From assembly GCF_964204645.1 (NCBI RefSeq), contig NC_134027.1, positions 17,632,560 to 17,696,559 of the forward strand: a stretch of DNA of 64,000 nt, written 5' to 3'. This document shows, in pieces, positions 41,487 through 51,825 of the stretch (within the stretch, counting starts at the first letter, position 1; each line of letters begins with the position of its first letter). The translations under genes and the position numbers were made by a program. The notes below the pieces were generated by a model. The model was not told the origin of the DNA, made no database searches, and saw only the letters and a program-made list of their open reading frames with translations. This DNA is from Tubulanus polymorphus (lineage: Eukaryota > Animalia > Nemertea).

Positions 41487-44227
41487 TTTGTATTGAAGTT
41501 AGATTAAAATTTACCTTCATTACATATACAGAACGAATCTTCTACTTCATCTTTGAGGATTCTGCGAACATTAGCCTCATTTCCTCTGGCCATACGAAAT
41601 CAACAATTTCGCCAGCGAATCGGCGCAGGAAATTTCGTCGGTCTTCTGGGGTGGTTAGTCTAATCGGTGGGGTAGCATCGATCGTATCCATTGCAAGTAG
41701 ATGTAGCGCTAAAAGAACGACGAAGGAATGCGTTGCGAACCGAAGAAATTCCGACGTGTGATTGAATGTTTCTCCAACGTCCTTTTTCACATTGTGATGG
41801 CCAAAGACGTTCCTGATGTGGGCTAGAGTCCCACGTTCGGCGACACTCGAACCCTTAAAAAATTCGTTCATTACGTCCTAGAAAGAAATATAATTTGGCG
41901 ATGAACAAAATACTTAATATTGGGTAGGTATTAATTTGAATTATTTTACACACCTGCATCAGGAGCATTCTTTTGTGGAATTCCTGTGGGGCCGGCTCCA
42001 ATCCCTCCAAACGATTCCATTGATCATTCGAATTGAACCGCGCGTTTTGTGCGTCATTATGTCGCTCGCACGACAAGCCATCACCCCAACACACAATGGT
42101 GGCTGGTGATCCATCCGATAATTTTGGAATATACTGTTGCAGGTTTTCTAAGATTTTTATCACACAAGCTATCGAAGACGGGTTCTCTTGGAAAACACCT
42201 AGATTTGTCTGGAAGCAAAATTGAAATGAATGAAATTGAGAAAAAAATGAAATGCGATGGTGAAAAATTCTGAAAATCCAACCTTACCACATTTGATTTC
42301 AGTGAAGACTCATCGAATCGATCATGGCTTATATGTTTGATGACGAAATCACCGCAGTTTTGTCTGAAGAAGGGGATGTACTTGCACGGAATGCGTTGAA
42401 CAATCACACCCATACGGAACTTTTCGCTCCGGAAACAATCATCGTCGGGTAGGAAAATCTCCGTTTTCATGTCGGTCGCTTTCTTCCGTTCTCCGTTGCT
42501 GATTACGTTCATGGTATTAATACGATTCGTGCATAGGTACGACAGGGCCCATAATTGGAGTTTGTTTCCCTTTTCGAAGTTATTGTGTCGTGTCACCTGT
42601 CTTAACGTAACGTTGTCCCAACAAATTGTCATACCTGTAGCTACAAGAAAGTAATTATACAATTACATTTAACGGTTAATATCACTGGTAGATTTTGATA
42701 ATATGAAACATGGCATATGCTATTTATACATTGAACTCATTTCACTTACGCGAAATGTTTGTTGACTCAAACAACGAGGAACTGCTATCACTATCTACAC
42801 TTTCACCAGCATCGGTTTCGGATTCTTCCGGAGTCGGCGAACGCGATTCTTCGTTTGAACTATTGGAAGACGTTTCAGTGTTTGACTCGGCATCATCCGA
42901 TGTGGCCAGTTTGCTACTGTCAACTAGAAATACAATATAAAATTGATATCGTATGTCGAAAATGGATGAAAACTGGCACTACTGATTTGCGTTCAAAACT
43001 CACCCTTTGCTGATTGTTGGCGAGGGGCTTGCGGTTTCGTCAAAAAATCTTCGAGTTCTTCTCTTTCGAATTTGTGACATGCGACTCTTGCAAAACATCA
43101 ATCATCATTCTGGTCTGTTGGTGGCCGAAACACAAACCAACGTAGCTGAACATTCTGAAAAGCTAAAAAAGTAATACCGATTAGCAAGGTAAAAGAAATA
43201 CTAAATGAAATTCGTTATTATGTATAAATGGTGAATTACTTTTTGTGAGCAGCCTGCTCTCCACATCTTGGCAGAATTGCACTGCTGAATGAACTTAAAC
43301 GTCCGTGGATGTCGAGTATTAAGAAGTATAGCCAATGCCATTCCCATCGCTGGAAATACATGCCTGTTTTTGAGGCTACCACTGAAATAAAAACATATCA
43401 ATATTTATCAGACTCAACGCTGGTTTTGCTCTAACACGTGTTTTTATAATTTACTTACCTTAAAACAGAATCGTTGAGAGGTCTCTTTAGGGAGACATAT
43501 TTCAGACACGCGTAAAGTGTCGGAGCTTTGGTTTTAACGCAGTCTAATGTGTCGGCCCAAGAAAACGAATTTAGGTCTTCAATGGTTCACAGCTCTTTTG
43601 CCAAATGAAAATCCTTTTCTTCTTTCAGACGTTTCACCTCTGCCGCTCTATTTTTAGTCACAACGTTTATCATCGCTTTTTTCGCCGCACTCGATCGTTT
43701 GAATATGAATCTGAAGCCGTGTTTGTATCGGCTGTCTGCGATATATTTAGAAGCTCGATGAGACGCTTTGATATTTGAAACCTACAAAATATAGAAAAAA
43801 TTATATACAAACTAATGAATTAGACTAAATTCGTTTTCATTGTATAATTTTTCGAACGATTTTTGTACAACGGAAAAAATTGTAAACATTAAATATTTGT
43901 AAACATTTTAAATAGATTACATAATTATGGTGCGAACACAGTCCCTCAGAGTAGTTTCTCAATATAAAAGGGTATCCAGGGCCGTCCCACGTACGTGCGA
44001 ATACATTTGAATTTAAGGAGCCCCCTTCTAAATACGGCCGTGGAATTTTTCAAAATGCTTTGTTTGACGACGAAAAATGTACCAGATTTACGCGGGATTG
44101 TGATAATGTAGCTATCATATGGGTATTATTTAGCTATCGCATGATTACTCTAAGCTGAACAGTGTCGTATTTGATGATTTTAATATCGAAGTGAAAATCA
44201 GAATACACGTACATATGGGTTCATGTG

Positions 44228-44688
44228 AGTAATAGGGGTAATAGGCTTTCAGATCAAAGGTCGAACGGTCGAGCTCGTAAAAAATGAAAAACATAAAAAT
44301 AATTACAATTTCTACTTGAATTACTCGTGAAACTCATAAAAATGAAAAATGAATTCTCACACGCTCGAATTTATTTTTCATTTTATGAGTTTCACTCCTA
44401 ATTCAAGTAGAAATTGTAATTATTTTTATGTTTTTTCATTTTTACTCACCCGCCCGTTCAACCTTTAACCCGAAAGCCTATTACCCCTATTACTCTGAAA
44501 ATATTCATATATATGAATAACATTTAAATCATTGAACTTCTAAAATCAATTTTAATAAAAAATATAGTATTAAAATGGAAGCAAATAAGTACTACTGCCC
44601 AACATGTAATATCGATATAGATAAATCCCAAAAAGCAAGACACAATAAAACTAGAACACATTTAGAGAATAAATTGAAACTAGAATAT
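44228..44688 (+). repeat. Left terminal inverted repeat, including the terminal palindrome 44228-44494
   Basis: Reverse complement of ~61518-61927, extending through the first 38 codons of pPolB. Confidence 0.93.
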
Positions 44689-44826
44689 TTACAGTTATAT
44701 TCAGAACAGTTAACAAAGGGAAAGAAATTTATTGAATTATGGAATAATGATCCAAATAATGAACAATACGTTGAGGAATTTGATATCAAGGAATCGAAAC
44801 AACTTATCAAAAGCAGCGAGGAATGA
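44575..44826 (+). CDS. Chimeric 83-aa ORF: pPolB N-terminal zinc finger fused to a copy of the HNH C-terminus
   Basis: First 38 aa identical to pPolB; the next ~30 aa match the end of 45199-45711. Confidence 0.55.
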   Translation: MEANKYYCPTCNIDIDKSQKARHNKTRTHLENKLKLEYLQLYSEQLTKGKKFIELWNNDPNNEQYVEEFDIKESKQLIKSSEE

Positions 44827-44904
44827 AAAAGGATGACGTTGGTCGAAGAAATGGAAGAGGATTCTAAAATTATTAACCAATTTTAATAAAAATATGTATA
44901 ATAA

Positions 44905-45711
44905 ATGGAGCCGGAACAATCACAAGCTATAAATATAAACAATAATGGTGTAATAAATATATATCAGAAGACATGTTATAAGTGTTAAATAAATAAGCCA
45001 TTTACAGAATTTAATAAACATAAAAAAACTAAAGATGGTAAAAGTTGTTATTGCAAAACTTGTAATAAACTATATAATAAACAATATCGAGCAAATAATC
45101 CAGAAAAATATAAAGAAAAAGATAAACAATGGAGAGAAAATAATCCAGAAAAGTGGAAAGTTTATAATAAACAATGGAGAGAAAATCACCCAGAATATAT
45201 GAGAGAATGGAGAGAAAATCACCCAGAATATATGAGGGAATGGAGGGAAAATAATAGAGAGAATATAAACAATTATCAAAATGAAAAATATGAAACAGAT
45301 CTAAATTTTAAAATGAAAAAATGTTTGATAAATAGATTAACACAATTATTCAGTAAAGACAGTCACTCATACACACTATCTAATTTACTAGATTGTTCGG
45401 ATGAATTCTTCAAATCATGGATAATATTTCAATTCGATGATAAAATGAATATAAATAATTATGGTAATTATTTTCATATTGATCATGTGTTGCCTATTTC
45501 TAAATTTGACATGAATGATGAATATGATAAAAAGTTAATTTGGAATTGGAAGAATTTAAGACCTTTAGAAAAGAAAGAAAATAAAATAAAATTTAATAAA
45601 CTAGATTTACAGTTATATTTAGAACAGTTAACAAAGGCAAAGAAATTTATTGATCAATGGAATAATAATCCAAATAATGAACAATACGTTGAGTCTTTAA
45701 TGAGTGGTTAA
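44905..45711 (+). pseudogene. NCLDV-type HNH endonuclease with N-terminal CxxC pair and WRENxPE repeats; one in-frame stop near 44986
   Basis: TAAATG start at 44905 is in frame with 45199; KTCYKC...CYCKTC; NYGNYFHIDHVLP.S.FD...WKNLRPL...EN..K. Confidence 0.8.
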
Positions 45712-45958
45712 AGAATAATAGATTTTAAATAAAATATAATAAAAATTACATACCTTCAACTATCTATTATTTCTATTTTAATTTTTAATATTTTCTTTTC
45801 AAAAAGAATACTTTATATTTTGAATAGATTCAAATAGAAATTCTTTAAATTCAAATAGCTAGTATCAGTAGTCAATACTAGAGTTCTTTAACTTTTACTA
45901 TCTAGTATCATTTGAAGAATACTTATAATACTATTCTTATTAAATTTCTCTAATATAA

Positions 45959-46561
45959 ATGTCAAAGAAATCGAGTAAGAATAATATTGATATTGAAAAG
46001 ACATTAGATGATTTAGGTATTAGTGATAATAAAGATACAGTTGTTTCTAATTCTATTCAAGTTAATAACAATATAGATTATGAATACTATTTATATTGTA
46101 AGCACCATATAGAACTATTGATTGCCGGTGGAAAAACTAATGAGTTTTTAAATAGAATCATTACTTTTCAAGAATTAGATGCTATGAAACCCGATAAAGT
46201 AATAAAATATTTTAAGATTTATGAAGAAGCTCGATTAGCTAGAATAAATGATTCTATTTCAGATGGTATTGTCAAATGTTATTCAAAATTATGTAACCAG
46301 TTAATACCAATTGATGATGAAAATAAATTATATAATGATTTGAAAAATGACTATTTAGTTATGACTGAATTACAAAAATGGGTTGGATATGCTTCATTTC
46401 AATTAGGATCGGTTATGACATTGATTTCTACTGGAGTTATAACATTTTCGAATATCAAACCTATGGAATATAAATCAGGTAAGAACGAAACAGATGTACT
46501 ACAACCAAACGTCGAAACAGAAAATGAATCAGAACAAAAATTAACTAAAATAAATGAGTGA
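45959..46561 (+). CDS. Conserved viral hypothetical protein with a C-terminal hydrophobic segment
   Basis: Intact ORF; homolog at 849-1448. Confidence 0.8.
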   Translation: MSKKSSKNNIDIEKTLDDLGISDNKDTVVSNSIQVNNNIDYEYYLYCKHHIELLIAGGKTNEFLNRIITFQELDAMKPDKVIKYFKIYEEARLARINDSISDGIVKCYSKLCNQLIPIDDENKLYNDLKNDYLVMTELQKWVGYASFQLGSVMTLISTGVITFSNIKPMEYKSGKNETDVLQPNVETENESEQKLTKINE

Positions 46562-46949
46562 TGGCGTTGAGAAAAAGGCTAGATCCGAGAAACAAATTAA
46601 ATGGGCAAGAGAATTAGGTAAAAGATCATCAGAATTAAAAAAAGCTAAGAAAAAGAAATTAACTGATATAAATGAATCACAGACTTTATCTGATGGTGCC
46701 GTACAGCACCCACACGGTGGTATTGATTCAAATAATAATCCATCTAATTCTTCTAATGCTGGAAGTAATTATAAATTATATATTACAATTGGATTAGTAA
46801 CAGTTATTATATTATCCGGCGTAATATATAAATCAAAATTCAAATCTGATGATAAAGATGATTCCAATGACAATAAACCTATCATACCCGAAAATAAGTC
46901 AAATCATAAATCAAATGAAAATAAATCTAAAATATTATTAATGGATTAA
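46554..46949 (+). CDS. Basic single-TM viral hypothetical protein
   Basis: TM segment LYITIGLVTVIILSGVIY; homolog at 486-856. Confidence 0.75.
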   Translation: MSDGVEKKARSEKQIKWARELGKRSSELKKAKKKKLTDINESQTLSDGAVQHPHGGIDSNNNPSNSSNAGSNYKLYITIGLVTVIILSGVIYKSKFKSDDKDDSNDNKPIIPENKSNHKSNENKSKILLMD

Positions 46950-46952
46950 AAT

Positions 46953-48041
46953 ATGATGAAAAAAGAACAATATTTGAGAGATTTATATTATAACCCAGAA
47001 AGTGAAGTATCATATTCAAGTGTTTCGGAATTATGGGATAAAATTAAATCTGATAAAGAAAAAATAAAATATAGTGAATTAAAATCATGGTTACAAAATC
47101 AACCAACATATCAAATCCACAAGAAAATGGATAAAACTTATTTAACAAGAAAAGTAATGGTTTCATATATTGACCAACAATGGCAAGCTGATTTAATTGA
47201 TATGAAAAACTTAGAAGAACACAACAAAGGATATTTCTGGATACTGAATGTTATAGATATATTCAGTAGATACGCATGGAGTATCCCGATTAAAAATAAA
47301 ACTGGTATAGAAGTTACAAATTCTTTCAAATTAATATTTAAAGAAGCTATCCCAGATAAAATACAATTTGATGAAGGTAAAGAATTTTATAACAAACATT
47401 TCAAAAAACTATTATCTGATAACGATGTAGAATATTTTTCAACACATTCAGATAAAAAAGCATCTGTTATAGAAAGATTTAATAGAACATTGAAAACTAG
47501 AATGTGGAAATATTTCACCGCTAATGAAACATATAAATATATCGATGTGTTAGATGATTTAGTTAAAGGTTATAATAATTCTAAACATAGTTCTATAAAC
47601 ATGAAACCTATACAAGCTAGAAAAGAAGAAAATTCAGAAATAGTTTGGAATAATTTATATGGTGCGTTTGTTACACATGATTTTGGAGAACCTAAATTTA
47701 AAATAGGACAACATGTTAGAATTTCTAAATATAGAAAAACATTTTATAAAGGTTATACCCCTAATTTTACAGAAGAAATATTTAAAATTAAAAAGATAAT
47801 ATTAACTAAACCATTTGTTTATAAATTAGAAGATTTAAAAGATGAAGAAATATTAGGTTATTTCTATGAACAAGAATTATCATTAGTACCAAATCCAGAT
47901 GAAATAGAATACAAAATAGAAAAAGTATTGAAAACAAAAACTCTTAAAGGAAAAAAGTATTCTCTGGTGAAATATAAAGGATATGATGATAAATTTAATG
48001 AATGGATTTTATCTAGTAAAATTAAAAGAATAAATGAATAA
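46953..48041 (+). CDS. Retroviral-type (rve) DDE integrase with C-terminal chromodomain
   Basis: WQADLIDM, IDIFSRYAW, QFDEGKEF, KASVIERFNRTLK; chromo-like YKIEKVLK...LVKYKGYDDKFNEWI. Confidence 0.95.
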   Translation: MMKKEQYLRDLYYNPESEVSYSSVSELWDKIKSDKEKIKYSELKSWLQNQPTYQIHKKMDKTYLTRKVMVSYIDQQWQADLIDMKNLEEHNKGYFWILNVIDIFSRYAWSIPIKNKTGIEVTNSFKLIFKEAIPDKIQFDEGKEFYNKHFKKLLSDNDVEYFSTHSDKKASVIERFNRTLKTRMWKYFTANETYKYIDVLDDLVKGYNNSKHSSINMKPIQARKEENSEIVWNNLYGAFVTHDFGEPKFKIGQHVRISKYRKTFYKGYTPNFTEEIFKIKKIILTKPFVYKLEDLKDEEILGYFYEQELSLVPNPDEIEYKIEKVLKTKTLKGKKYSLVKYKGYDDKFNEWILSSKIKRINE

Positions 48042-48645
48042 AGATTTATTTATATTTGAACCACATAATATGTTAATAACTGGAGTTACAAATTGTGGTA
48101 AAACACACTTCATATTATATTTATTAGAAACTATTTATAAAAATCATTTCGATAATATAATATTATTCTGCCCAACTTATGAAATGAATGAAACGTATAA
48201 TAGAGATATAGTTAAGATAAAAAAGTTTATTATATTAGACCCTAAAACAGTAAAAGATAATTTAGATATTTGTATTAAAATAGCATTAGATATTTATAAA
48301 GGATCTAATACATTATTTATTATCGATGATTGCGCAAATTTACATGATTCTAAAATTAGAGAAAGTGAGTTATGTTATTTAGCTTTCTCTGGTAGACATT
48401 TTGGGATAACAACATGGGTTTTAAATCAAAGATATAATTCAATTGTTAAAGACTTTAGGGAGAATATAAGATTTCTAGTTTTATTCTACAACAAAGATAG
48501 AAAATCTATGCAACAATCATTGGAAGAAAATCAAATTATACCTACTGAATTACATGATGAATATATGAATAAATTAAAAAATAATAAAGGTTCCAAATTA
48601 CTTATGAGATTACAATTTCCATATGAATATAAATTTATAAAATAA
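48034..48645 (+). CDS. A32/FtsK-like genome packaging ATPase
   Basis: Walker A GVTNCGKT, Walker B FIIDD, GRH..ITTW...Q motif. Confidence 0.9.
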   Translation: MNKDLFIFEPHNMLITGVTNCGKTHFILYLLETIYKNHFDNIILFCPTYEMNETYNRDIVKIKKFIILDPKTVKDNLDICIKIALDIYKGSNTLFIIDDCANLHDSKIRESELCYLAFSGRHFGITTWVLNQRYNSIVKDFRENIRFLVLFYNKDRKSMQQSLEENQIIPTELHDEYMNKLKNNKGSKLLMRLQFPYEYKFIK

Positions 48646-48699
48646 CTATTTGTATACCTATATATTAGATACCCTATTAGATATGTATTATATACCTCC

Positions 48700-49260
48700 C
48701 CTAATGTCTTTATTATCATTAGTAGGTTTAGTACTTTTAGTACATAAAGAATAAATCTTTATTTTATTAATACTTTAAAAATAAAATAGAACTACTAAAC
48801 TACTAAAGATAATAAAGACATAACAAACACCATAGATTTATCATTACTGAATCAAATATATATAATAAATATGTGAGATAAATAAATCTATGATATTTAT
48901 TACATCTATATGTGTTTTGTTATGTCTTTATTATCTTTAGTAGGTTTAGTACTTTTAGTACATAAAGAATAAATCTTTATTTAATTAGTACTTAGAAAAA
49001 TAAATATATAAATGATAAATCTATGATATATATAATAAATATGTGTGATAAATAGATTTAATTATTGAAACAGTAATATATAAAATCCATCAGATGAATA
49101 AATATAATTATTGAAACAGTGTTATATATATATTTATGTCTTTATTGTCTTTAGTACTTTAGTAGTTTAAAAAATAATTTTATTCACTACTAATAAAATA
49201 AAGATTTATTCTATATGTACTAAAAGTACTAAACTACTAAAGACAATAAAGACACAAAGG
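48700..49260. repeat. Direct and inverted AT-rich repeat array between the convergent gene blocks
   Basis: atgtcttta..tagtaggtttagtacttttagtacataaagaataaatctttatt at ~48703 and ~48922; inverted copies at ~48792-48825 and ~49195-49255. Confidence 0.8.
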
Positions 49261-49281
49261 GTATTATATTCATATTTTAAA

Positions 49282-50475
49282 TTACTTTTCTGATTCTAAT
49301 TCTGAAAACAATTTGCTCCATGCATCTCTTAATTCTTGCGATCTTCTTTCACCTAACAGTTTAAAATGATAACCATTACCATTCAAACCCTTAACCCAGA
49401 ATTCATAAGTTAAATAAATATATTGGTTTAATTTGTCTTCACTTATATTTTTATATTTATTTTTTGCTTCATTTCTTATTTTATTTATAACATCCTGTGA
49501 AAAATCTTCATAACTGTAGTATTGAATTATTTCATCAAAGTTATCACTTTTATTATCATAATTATCATTAGCAGCAACTTTTTTCAATTCTGTTAAAAAA
49601 TCTATATTTTTAAATTTTATGAAATAATGTATACTCCAATAATTATTTAGATAAATTTTTATAATCGTCCGACGAGTTTTTAGATCTGATAATACTTGTT
49701 TTGGATTATTTCTTACATAATCGATAAAAATTGATCTATATAATTTCCTATGATCATTATTTTCGATATCAAAAAATACACTTGGTACTCTATAAAGGAT
49801 ATTTAAATCAGCAGCTTTTATTGTATGTTCAAAAGAATTATCATGTTTAATTCTATCTTTAGGTAATACAACAACATTACACTTTTCACATATATTTCTT
49901 TCTATATTATCCAAATGTATCTGTGTTAATTTATGCTTTGAAAAATTACTACGACTTATATATTTATCACATTCTTCACAATATTTATCTTCTTTAACAT
50001 TATCATTATCAATTTCACTATCATTATTCAATTCATTTAAAATCTTATTCTTATTTTTCTTATGCTTGAGTGAATTAAGATGAGTTGCCCAATTCTTATA
50101 ACTTTTATACTGTTTACATACGTCACAATATTTTTCATTTGTCTTTTTTGATTCAATATCATATGTTGTAGAGGGTATATTATAAGATACATATCCTGTT
50201 ACATCTTCTATTTTATATTCAATATCATTCTTATCTTCTATTTTAGGTTCAATATCATCTTCTATTTTATATTCAATATCATTCTTATCTTCTATTTTAG
50301 TTTCATTCTTATCTTCTATTTTAGGTTCAATATTATCTTCTATTTTACTTATTCTATATTTGAATTGATTAAAGTAATCTCCAAAATACTTACTGTATTC
50401 ATCATAAGGTAATATATAATATATATCTGATATCATTTCACTTGGAGATTGTATTTCATATATTCCACCTTCCAT
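49282..50475 (-). CDS. Viral multi-zinc-finger (U1/matrin-like C2H2) protein with KIED repeats
   Basis: CDVC...HLNSLKH, CEEC...HKLTQIH, CEKC...HDNSFEH; tandem KIED(K/D) repeats. Confidence 0.8.
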   Translation of the reverse strand: MEGGIYEIQSPSEMISDIYYILPYDEYSKYFGDYFNQFKYRISKIEDNIEPKIEDKNETKIEDKNDIEYKIEDDIEPKIEDKNDIEYKIEDVTGYVSYNIPSTTYDIESKKTNEKYCDVCKQYKSYKNWATHLNSLKHKKNKNKILNELNNDSEIDNDNVKEDKYCEECDKYISRSNFSKHKLTQIHLDNIERNICEKCNVVVLPKDRIKHDNSFEHTIKAADLNILYRVPSVFFDIENNDHRKLYRSIFIDYVRNNPKQVLSDLKTRRTIIKIYLNNYWSIHYFIKFKNIDFLTELKKVAANDNYDNKSDNFDEIIQYYSYEDFSQDVINKIRNEAKNKYKNISEDKLNQYIYLTYEFWVKGLNGNGYHFKLLGERRSQELRDAWSKLFSELESEK

Positions 50476-50507
50476 TTAATATAAGATTTTTTATTAAAGT
50501 TAAAATT

Positions 50508-51754
50508 TTAACACATAACACTATCTAATTGTGAATTTACAATATTTAATTGCGCGTCAGATATAATATAAATGTGCATTTTAAAATTTTTGATTCCCTT
50601 TTTCTTTGTCATGAATAATTGTATTCCATCTTTAGTGTTCTGTAGTTTTTTTCCAGAACCATGTAATAAGTTATCCTCTGTTGTTCTAAAATCTAACCAT
50701 AATGCATATTTATTACCGGTATAATAATCAATTTGATTAATGTTACAATCTTCAGATGATTTTATTTTTTCATTCATAAAATGTTTTTTAATTTCTACCC
50801 ATTGATCAATCATTCTCATTCCTTGACAAAATATTTTATTTGCTATACCTTCGATAGTTATTTCTACTTTTGTTATTTCAGGATTATAATAATTATCAAC
50901 ATTTATTGCGCCATTAGTATACGTTCCAATAGTAAAAATATTAATATACCTTTAATAGATCTTCTAGGAAAGTTAATATTCTCATTAATTATTTCATCAT
51001 TTGCATTAATAGTTACAGTTTTAAATTTATCAATATAATCATATAATAATGAAAACCCTTGATTGTATTGAGTTTGAATTATACTTGAAATATTTTCATT
51101 AGTTACTGTATCATATTCTAAACATATATTCGATAATTTATAACCCATATCTTTAACAACGCTAGATAATACAATTTCATTTACAGGAGCAAATGTTATC
51201 TCAAATATAATATCTTCTTGAATTGCGTATTTATATAAAGGTGCATTATTATTTATCAATTCAAAGTCTAATGGAATTTTATATTTGCTTCCATATATAC
51301 TTTTTATCAATTTATCTACATCATTTGTTAATATTGCGCTATTAGCTTCTGATCTTAATTTATTTTGGTTTTCTGATTGAATTCCTTGAAATATCATATT
51401 ATTTCTATTTTCTTTAGTTAACCATAAATCTTTATAATGTGAAAATAAATTATAATCATCTAATGAGAAAACTGTTTCTGGACCAATCTTTATTGTTAAC
51501 TTTTTAATCAAATATCTTCCAACATTATCAACGACATAATTATTATTATTACCGATTACTTTTATATCAGCTGATAAATAAATACTGTTTGGAACATAAA
51601 AAGTATTTTGTGTTAATCGAGGGATTCTAACGTATAAAGTTTCATCGGGATTAATATTTGAAGGGTTATGAGTAATTATATGATGTGATCTTTCTGCTTT
51701 AATAGCATTAGATATTCTATGATTCTTCGAAGGATTTATATAACTCCCACTCAT
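50508..51754 (-). pseudogene. Putative double jelly-roll major capsid protein, single frameshift near 50935
   Basis: ORFs 50903-51754 and 50508-50819 join into ~415 aa; beta-rich, with I..LTIKIG, IPLDF, I.FEITFA, LSNICLEYD and ALWLDF patterns typical of Polinton-like MCPs (fold not computed). Confidence 0.72.
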
Positions 51755-51825
51755 GTATTTAACAAAAAAATTAATTATTTATTTTTTGATATCATGGTTT
51801 ACTTGATATTTTTTGATATCATGGT

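Larger units (their letters stand above)
38939..43781 (-). pseudogene. Multi-exon DUF6589-like (AcademH) transposase with PHD fingers, 3' part
   Basis: Exon motifs ICWDNV, WGDGLSCER..AQNAR...RLEGLEP...FH, GTLAH..N, two PHD-like C4HC3 (41124-41382), HSKYA, WNRKVN..GG.GHNLEMDL; GT-AG introns. Confidence 0.8.

Noticed and set aside
44222-44227. CATGTG as the Maverick target-site duplication
   Set aside because: No matching hexamer at the right junction, because that end is truncated.
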